Below are positions 56,104-64,000 of a stretch of 64,000 nt of DNA, piece after piece. The translations under genes and the position numbers were made by a program. Origin of the DNA: the human T2T-CHM13v2.0 reference genome, Homo sapiens. The notes beneath the pieces are model-generated. The model was not told where the DNA came from. It saw only the letters and a list, made by a program, of their open reading frames with translations, and ran no database searches. Numbering within the stretch: position 1 is the first letter of the stretch; each line of letters begins with the position of its first letter. The DNA lies in assembly GCF_009914755.1 (NCBI RefSeq), contig NC_060930.1; one strand, 5' to 3'.

Positions 56104-58199
56104 TAGATGTTAATAATCTTATTTTACATGTAAAGAAACTAAGAGAGAGAGTAAATGATTTTCCAGAGACCACACAGCAGAGAAAAACAACAGATCTAAA
56201 CTATCTTCAGTCAAAGGTAAAAATCCTTGGGATTGTACATAGGCTAACATCTAAATGGGTCAATCTTTTCATTCACAAGTAGGTACACAACGGCCAGCCT
56301 CATGCCATGTCTCATATTATGCAGAATGAGCCACCTACAAACCCAGTCTATAAAATATAAAATAGATGAAACTCCCTCTCACAACTTAGTAGCAAAAAAA
56401 AAAAAACAAAAAAAACCCAGGATTTTCTTAAAATGATTAACTCAGTTTTAACTTTGTGTCTGTTTTCATAAATGTCCTTCAACCAAATTCTCATTATTCA
56501 TTCTACGAGGCAATATCTTCTTGTGTATCACATACTTAGACTCAAAGTAAGTACAAAAACTGCTACCTCAGCTAGGTGGAAAGAGAAGAAAAATGGTATA
56601 TAATTGCATAAATCTTCTAAACAGAATAACATTTACCATTGTTTATTAATCTCTTTAATAGCCTTTTCCCTGAACAAGGAAAAGAAGCATGACTTTTTAG
56701 AGCACTCCAGGTAACTGCTTAGCTGTTGACTGAGAAATAGTTACTCATATACACCTCCGCTCAAGCTTTGTTTCTTGAAGGAATGGCACAAACTGTATAA
56801 TTTGGCTCAAAATCCACAACCTAGCAAGTGTAATTTCCCTGTAGCCTTAAGTGAAGGCAAACTTTAGCTGAGCAGTAAACATGGTATACAGATCAAATAG
56901 AGGTTTGAACATACTCTATTTGCTTCCCTTTAGAAAAAACAAAGAGAGGAATGACAGGAAATGGAAGCAAGCATATCAGGGCAGATGAGAAAGGAAGAAA
57001 ATAAAAATACCTTAGAACTCATCCAACTTACTCAGCTGAAGCCAAGGAGTCTGAGTCACAAACACAGCTCTGCCCCTTCACTGGAGCTGGGGTTGCACAG
57101 GCAAAGTCCGACACAGACATTATTGTCTCTCAAATGTCCAGCTTTTAAAATGTATTTAAGAAACATGTCATTAACACTTAATTCTCATATACTCAATTTA
57201 CCAATAGAGATAGGTAATATGATGTATCATAATGTGATCATACAGAGAACAGTTACTCAGCCCACAGACCCCTTGCTTTCCATTTCTTGTGGTACCAACC
57301 AATTTCTCCCATTTTGTCCCTTTCATAAAAGTAGAGGTATGAATAATATAGTGAAATGGAATCAATGGTTTCATCTGAACAATGTTTGCTCAGTTGACAC
57401 CTTACTGATAAAAACGTAATAGCTATGTAAGAGTGGACTAAAGAGCTGATTTACTTTATTATTTCATTCAATATGAACTATAGGACAATGCGTTTCTATA
57501 AAAAATTTGTACCACAGATTTTGAGTGGCAATACATAGCAAAATAATTGTCCTTTCCCTTCTAAAATTATTTTTTGATAACTAAGTGAACTTGTTATAAA
57601 AAAATTTCCTCAATTGCTTCTCAGTATATTTGTAGTTAATTTGAGCTCATGATCCTCAAGAGATTATGTGAAAATCCTAATGGAAGCATAAAAAAGACTG
57701 AAAGCTTTGTGGATGTTTCACAGGCTAAGACTTCAAACTTCCGCACCAAGTTTTAATCCCGTTGGTATCTGTCCAGGGGAAAATATGTTCTGATTTTCAT
57801 TCTTCTTCCTGAAGTTTTCAACTTGCTTTCCTAATATTCTTCATCAACACATGAGTTCTTCCACTGCATCTCTCTCCTAGCCACACTATTCTTGGGATCA
57901 TCTCACCACCACTCTGCCAATAACCATGGGACTCATTAAAAATAGGATGCCAAAGGCATCCTTCCTTTTGATAAAAGGAAATGCGATAGTATTAAGAGCT
58001 GTAAAATCCCACGGATTCCGGGTTATAGGATTTAAAGTCTTATACCACTTTCAACCTTAAAATAGGAAGAAGAAAAGGAGGTAAGGAAAAATGGAGGGGA
58101 AAAAAGAAGAAAAGAAGGTAAGGAGAGGGGAGAGGGGAGAAAGGGAGGACTTCCTTTTAGGAATTGGATCTCCTTTCCCTGGGTTCCATAATGTCACTT

Positions 58200-59050
58200 A
58201 TCCTGTTTATCCTCTTACTTTGCCAAAGCTTATCCCACAGTAATTTCATTTAAAAGAGCACAAGAATCACAAATGACTTTTCACATCCCAAAAAATATAT
58301 TTACTCTATACAAATACTTGAATAATAGTTTGGTGGGCTATGTAATGCTAAGTTGAAAATTACATTTCTTTTTAATGTTAAGGTGTCTCTCCATAATATT
58401 CTAACTTCAGTGTTGCTTTTGAGAATTTTAATGCCATTCTGATTCCAGAGTCTTTGTAGTTAAATGTTTGTTTTTCTCTCTGGGAAGTTTTGGATCCTCT
58501 GCTTTTTCCAGGTGTTACGAAACAGCACAAAAAATGTGAATCTTTTCTTGCTGAACTCTTACTGGGTTCTTTTAACCTGAAGGCCTGTACTTTAGTTATG
58601 GAATTTTTTTTTGTGCCCGATTTCTTGAACAATTTCCTAAACTGTTTTCTCTGTTCTCTCTTTATTTAATATTTATTAGCTTAATGTTGGAATACTGGAT
58701 TGATAATTTTCTTATCTCTTTTTTTTTCTATTTTCCATTTATTTATATTTTGATTCTATTTTCCCCAGGAATTTTCTCAATATCTAGTTGATCTTCTACA
58801 TGATTTTATATTAATCTCCAGGAACTTTTTCTGATTGTTTCTTTACATAAATATCTTAGTTTTTCCTTTTGGTTTTTGTTTTTATTGGAAGCAATATTTC
58901 TTGTTATTCTTAGGATTTCAATTACACCAATTGCTTTTGTCTTCTTTATCTTCCTGTATTGTCTGTTTCTTTTACTTTTTCTTTTTTAACCATTTGCACT
59001 TCCCCACCCTGCTGACATGTTTACATTACTAGGTCTGGTACAAAGGAGTC
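58200..59050 (-). mobile_element. HAL1/old L1M ORF1-region relic
   Basis: Antisense translation QREKQTFNYKDSGIRMALKFSKATL resembles the L1/HAL1 ORF1 motif YKG..IRM..DFS..TL. Confidence 0.6.
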
Positions 59051-59542
59051 CAGAGCTTCTCAGGTTCAGTTTCTCCTGAATATATTAATGGCTGGCCTCC
59101 TGCTTGAGGGGGAGTCACTTGATCTCCAGAAGGGAAGGAGAACTAGGGGCTTAACTGTACCTTATGCACATTTTCCTCCAATCCAAGAAAGCCTTACTAA
59201 CTTCATAAGTCATGGAACTCCTTGAGAGTGAGTTTTTCAGGTTGCAGTGGTCCTCAGTGTGGTCTTCTATAAATAACAAACTCACATACTGGAAACAAAA
59301 ATCACAGCCATTCATAAAGAACTTCCTAGGTATCTATCCTGATTGTTGCTTGGTGTTTATACATGCATGATGTTCAGCCGTGATTCACTAGACTCCAGTC
59401 ACATTCTCCTTCCTTCTATTTTTCTAATACTTCAAGCTCTTTCCTATGCTTATTTTGGAATTAAGCCAATACTTCTGTATATAGATTGTTTACAATCAGA
59501 TACAAACTAAAGGAAGGAACAGTGATCAAAAATGCATGACCA

Positions 59543-59683
59543 GGCTGGACATGGTGGCTCATACCTCTAATTCCAGCACTTTGGGAGGATGAGGCAGAGG
59601 CTTGCTGAGGCCAGGAGTTTGAGACCACCCTGGGCACCATAGTGAGACCTCATCTCTACTAAATAATAAAAATAATAAATAAT
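59543..59683 (+). mobile_element. FLAM/AluJ monomer
   Basis: Left monomer only, with (TAA)-rich tail; TSD AAATGCATGA (59530-59539, 59684-59693). Confidence 0.85.
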
Positions 59684-60094
59684 AAATGCATGATTAGACA
59701 GAACCCCACGGCTGAAGGAACCATAAAGTTCTATAAAGTACTATCCTAATAATGCAAAGTAAATAAATTCTTGCTGTTATACCAATCTACCATTAAAAAC
59801 CACATAAGTAAAACGGTATACTTTTAAAGAGATGCTTCACAAAGGCATATTGATTGATTGGATGTTTTTAAAAGAACTTAGCTATATAATTCCTTTAAAT
59901 AACTATTGATTTAAATAACGATTTAAAATTCCTTTAAATAGCTATTACAAGCCAGTAAACATTTCGCTATGCCAATGTTTATAAACTTCGTCATTACATA
60001 AAACTAGATTTATGTAAATCTAAGTTTTTGCAACCTAATATTTCTGTGACAATAGTGAAAAGTTTCTATTGTTAAAATCTTTTTATGTTATTAT

Positions 60095-60600
60095 GATTTG
60101 AGGATGATCCTGCCCAAGCCCCTTCTCTTGAGAACTGCCACCACCTGCCCCTGGAGTCATGTTTGTCCCTCAGGCCCTTGTTCCACAGCCATATTCTATT
60201 GGGCAATTTATAGAGAACTAGTAATCATGAGACTCAGTTGGATTAATGAGAATCTCTCTCCAAGGAATGTGGAATTGGGTCAATGAGCAGGAAGGTCAGT
60301 TAGTGGTGGTTGCTTCTTTGTTGTATTATAACGACTCCTAGGTCAGAGGATCTCGCTTTGAGGACACTGTGATAGGAATGTTTAAGGAGAGCACAAGAAA
60401 CTGTCCTTTAGCAAGAAAAGGAGAATGAGAGAGGCACTAAAATGGCCCCATTTATTACCAGAAAAAGGCACATACTAAGAAAATCTGCAAGGTGAACTGT
60501 AGGTCTAGTTCCTGTCATAATGCCCCATTACTTATCTACCTTTGATCTCATGGGAAAAGTCGGTATCCTTCTAATTACACCTCTGTTTTATGAAACAATA
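60095..60600 (+). mobile_element. Possible old MLT1L/M-like LTR
   Basis: Degenerate similarity (CCACAGCC..ATTGG..TGAGACTCAGTTGGATTAATGAGAATCTCTCTCC..GGAATTG). Confidence 0.4.
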
Positions 60601-60844
60601 AGTCACTATATAATATGCATGATTTTTAAATCAATTTCAAGACACACCTGACAACTGTCATATGAAGATTATAATTAGTGTTAATGGAAGGCCAGCTAAG
60701 ATTGCATTGCAAATTTGGTGTCCTTTTACACTTCATAAAGGATAACCTCTGCAATGAACATTTAATTGGTAAATTATATGTTCTAGGTTTTCAGATCCAT
60801 GGCAAAATCTATAGGATAAGCTAAGGAATTATGTTTTGATTTGA

Positions 60845-61038
60845 CAGACACTAGGGCCTCTTTGAGGGTGGGAGGAGGGAGAGGATTAAAAAAAAATACC
60901 TATCAAGTACTATGCTTATTACCCTGGGTGATAAAATAATCTATACACCAAACCCCCATGACAAACAATTTTCCTATATAACAAACCTGCACCTGTACCC
61001 CTGAACCTAAAATAAAAGTTAAAAATAAATAATAAAGA
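60845..61038 (+). mobile_element. L1PA15/16-like 3' end
   Basis: GGGTGATAAAATAATCTATACACCAAACCCCCATGAC..AACAAACCTGCACCTGTACCCCTGAACCTAAAATAAAAGTT. Confidence 0.85.
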
Positions 61039-61429
61039 TACTGAAGAATAAACATCATAATAATAGGTGAATTTCTCAGTGCAGCCAAAGTTGTGAGGGT
61101 GTGTCTGTGAGAGTGTGTTTAAGCTGCCACATACAATATAAATCCTAAGAGGCTGCATGAAAATTAAATTACCAACTCAAAACATAGCTTGGAGAAATAA
61201 TTATCAATCCAATGTGCATTTATGCTTAGAAATGTTTTGTCTATTGTGAATGAGTTGTTAGGGTATTAGATTGCAATATTTTCAGAATTAGAGAATGATT
61301 CATATGAATCCCTGTGCTTCAAAGAATAAACATGTTAGCATGAAGTAGAATTATAGGAATATCTAGTAATTGACTGTATACAACATATTTTTATATAACC
61401 ACATAATAACAGTGATAACAAGTATTTGA

Positions 61430-61660
61430 TTAAAACTTTGTTGCGTTAAAAATCTCTTTAATATACTTTAACATTACCTTATTGGAACTCCACAATAACC
61501 CTGTGAAGTACATATTCATCGTAACTTACTAAAGAAGAACCTGAAGTTCAGAGATGCCAGATAACGTGTGTAAGATAATACAGCTTGAAAATGGAAGAGC
61601 CCAAACTCAGTCCTAAAATTACTGCATCAAAATCTGTTGTCCTTTCACCACATAATACTG
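61430..61660 (-). mobile_element. MIR
   Basis: CACAATAACCCTGTGAAGTA..GAAGAACCTGAAGTTCAGAGA..CTTTCACCACA. Confidence 0.6.
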
Positions 61661-62239
61661 CCACCTAAAATATTTTCTTAAGCTAGCAAGGATGCAAGCC
61701 ACTTAAGCACTACACTTTTTTTCAGAATAAAGTCACAATCTGTAATATAACTCAATAACTAAGCAACCAACATATCACAAAACATGAGACTTTGTGCACT
61801 ACTTCCAGTATCGCCCAGATGAAAGCCTGTTCTCCATGTCCAAGGGCTTTGCTGCCCTTCAGGAATTATCCAAGTCAGCAGCAGCATGAGGCCTGAGGTC
61901 AGTTCGCAGGCAGCTGGTCACTGACATCCAGGATAAATAAATAAGAAAGCTACAACAAGCTAGATCCAAAGCATGGTCAAAACAGAGTAGTTCCTGTATC
62001 AACGCCTGTGCAGGGAGGCACACAGACCATTACTGGGTCACAGCAGGAGTAATATGAATACTTAAAGAGCACTTTGAAAAGAAATAATGTACAAATTCAT
62101 TAATTAATCTCATATCCTGTAATTTCTGTGCCTTTTCACTTTCTCTGCCTTTTTACTAAAAACAAAAGAAAACAAAACAAAAAGCACATGCTGTGTCTTG
62201 TCCTCACTCCATGACCACAAAGTATGACTAACTACTGTC

Positions 62240-62385
62240 TTCCTTTCAGAGCATTTTTCTATAAATATGGGAATACTAACTACTACCTCATAAAATCGTT
62301 AAGAATATTTAAAAATACAATTCATGTAAAGCACTTAGAACTTCAGCTGGCAAGATAAAAGTCCCAATAAATGTTAGCTGCTGTT
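62240..62385 (+). mobile_element. MIR 3' half
   Basis: TATAAATATGGGAATACTAACTACTACCTCATA..CATGTAAAGCACTTAGAAC..AATAAATGTTAGCT. Confidence 0.7.
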
Positions 62386-62403
62386 GTTTTTTATCATTAT
62401 TAT

Positions 62404-62890
62404 TGAGAACCAAAGCTATACAGCCCAATGTATATATTAACATGACTTTACTCTTACAAGAAACTCTTGCCCAAGAAGATGAAAAGGCAAATAATTGTAT
62501 TTTTTGTTTATTTCAAGAAATTCCACCAAATCCATATATCCAAACTTTCAACTATGCTTTCATCATCTCATTTCTCATAACAGATCATGCAACCAGGCTT
62601 ATCAAGAGATGACTTACCTTTCTACACTCATTCAAAATCCTTGCCTCACTGTGTCCATCAATTTTATACTATTATGTCACAAACTCTAGTCAATCCAGTT
62701 AAGTTCTCTGCATTGAAAGACCTGCCTGTCTTAAACCAGCACCCCAAAACCTCATAAATGCCCTGGCTTTCACCTCTACCCTAAGAAGATTTACTAAGAT
62801 TTCAACAAGATATTGATCTTCCTTACTGGGTTAAGAATAAATGCAGTTTTCTTTATTTTGGTGGTCTTTTTAGTGAGTTGGCAGTTGACA
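62404..62890 (+). mobile_element. MER90/MER110-like ERV1 solo LTR
   Basis: TGAGAAC...GTTGACA termini; 4-bp TSD TTAT; TTGAAAGACCTGCC..TTAAACCAG..AAACCTCATAAAT; AATAAA. Confidence 0.65.
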
Positions 62891-63686
62891 TTATTATTAT
62901 TGTTATGTCTGTCTTTCAACTTCATAATCCCATGGTTACCAACTTTTTACCCAAGGGGCACTGGGACTCTGTAATGAACTCACAGGGTGCGCCAATATAT
63001 TTTACATTTTTTAGGAAGACACAATTCCTGACATCTGTCAGACACTGCAAGACTACTTTAACATTAGATGGCTAGGTTCCTTTCCAAATATCATATCTTT
63101 CTGAAACAGGATTTTTCATGGTTGCTGGGATAAAAATCAAGTACAGCATGAAAGTCACTGTGGAAAGAAAACCAAGGGTAGCAGTGATATCAGTATTTGA
63201 TCAATTGTAAAGTGTTCAACAGGCACACACATCCCATTGATAAGGAATCCTAGTTATTTCAGAAATAAATTTACAGGTTTTCTTCTCTTAATTTAAACAT
63301 ATTGTTTATTCAAATGGCTACTAAGTTGTTAGGACTTAAATACTGATTTATTTAGAACTAGCTACTTAATAAGTGAAACTATTGGCTTTTTCTTTTGGAC
63401 TAAGGGCACTGTGAAAAAATAATGACTAACCCTAAGGGCACCAGGAACAAAGAAAGTTTAGAAAGTTCTGCACTAAAGTATTCTTTACACAAACTGTGAC
63501 ATTTAAAATTTAAAGACTCCTTAACTCCATGGCAAAATTGCCCTTGTGGATCTGTCCATTCTTCAGCCCTACTGATCTCTCTATGGGATTCATCCTTCCT
63601 TAGAATGTCCTCATATGACAGTCTGTATTCCCAGAACTTCCACCATACCCTGCTGAAAGTTCCCATTTTTTGTTATTGGGAATGTT

Positions 63687-64000
63687 TTCTTAATTTGTTC
63701 TTCCTGCTATAACAAAATATCTTATAGTGGATAATTTAATTCACAAAGAACAGAAGTTTATTTCTTACAGTTTTGGAGGGTGGGAAGCCCTAGATCAAGG
63801 TACGGTAGGTTCAGTGTCCGTTGAGGACCCAGTTTATGCTTCCAAGATGGCACCTTGAATACTGTGTTCTCACATGGTAGGGGAGATGGACGGGCCAAAT
63901 TCACCCTTTAAAGCTTTTTCATAAGGCCTCATCACCTTTTGAAGGCCTCGCCTCTTAGTAATGTTACACTGGGATTTAAATTTCAACCTGAATTTTGTAG
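63687..64000 (-). mobile_element. MSTD/MLT1A-like LTR, cut by the window edge
   Basis: CTGCTATAACAAAATA..TTTATTTCTTACAGTTTTGGAGG..CCAAGATGGCACCTTG..CTCACATGG. Confidence 0.8.

Noticed and set aside
62611-62620. Perfect - strand donor AAG|GTAAGT (another strong one at ~55316-55324)
   Set aside because: Isolated sites without a matching acceptor; expected by chance at this scale

Overview
AT-rich primate genomic DNA, most likely ape/human given the AluY and L1PA3-like elements. It is intronic or intergenic, and I could not assign a locus. I can support no host protein-coding exon, RNA gene, CpG-island promoter or prokaryotic/CRISPR feature. Roughly half the window is transposable elements: a full-length but dead L1PA3-like LINE-1 (36.6-42.7 kb, 13-bp TSD, retaining the ~129-bp ZNF93-target segment), a two-LTR THE1C/D MaLR element nested in a FLAM/Alu inside an old L1M, an MLT1A0/MSTD-like provirus carrying MER50B and AluY inside another old L1M, about 12 Alu/FLAM copies, solo MaLR/ERV LTRs, MER20, MER115-like, MADE1, and L2/MIR relics. 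Almost all long ORFs in the track derive from L1, MaLR or Alu. The most interesting structure not explained by these features is a set of local copying scars: (i) a perfect 52-bp inverted repeat between two otherwise diverged ancient MLT1 copies, which duplicates a consensus NF-kB site and places it beside an AP-1/ARE site; (ii) a 78-bp inverted copy of one specific THE1 LTR 1.3 kb away; (iii) a 157-bp dispersed duplication; (iv) a fold-back palindrome; and (v) perfect 77-, 28- and 16-bp tandem duplications. I found no evidence of a new gene system. Subfamily names come from my recall of consensus sequences and need RepeatMasker/Dfam confirmation.
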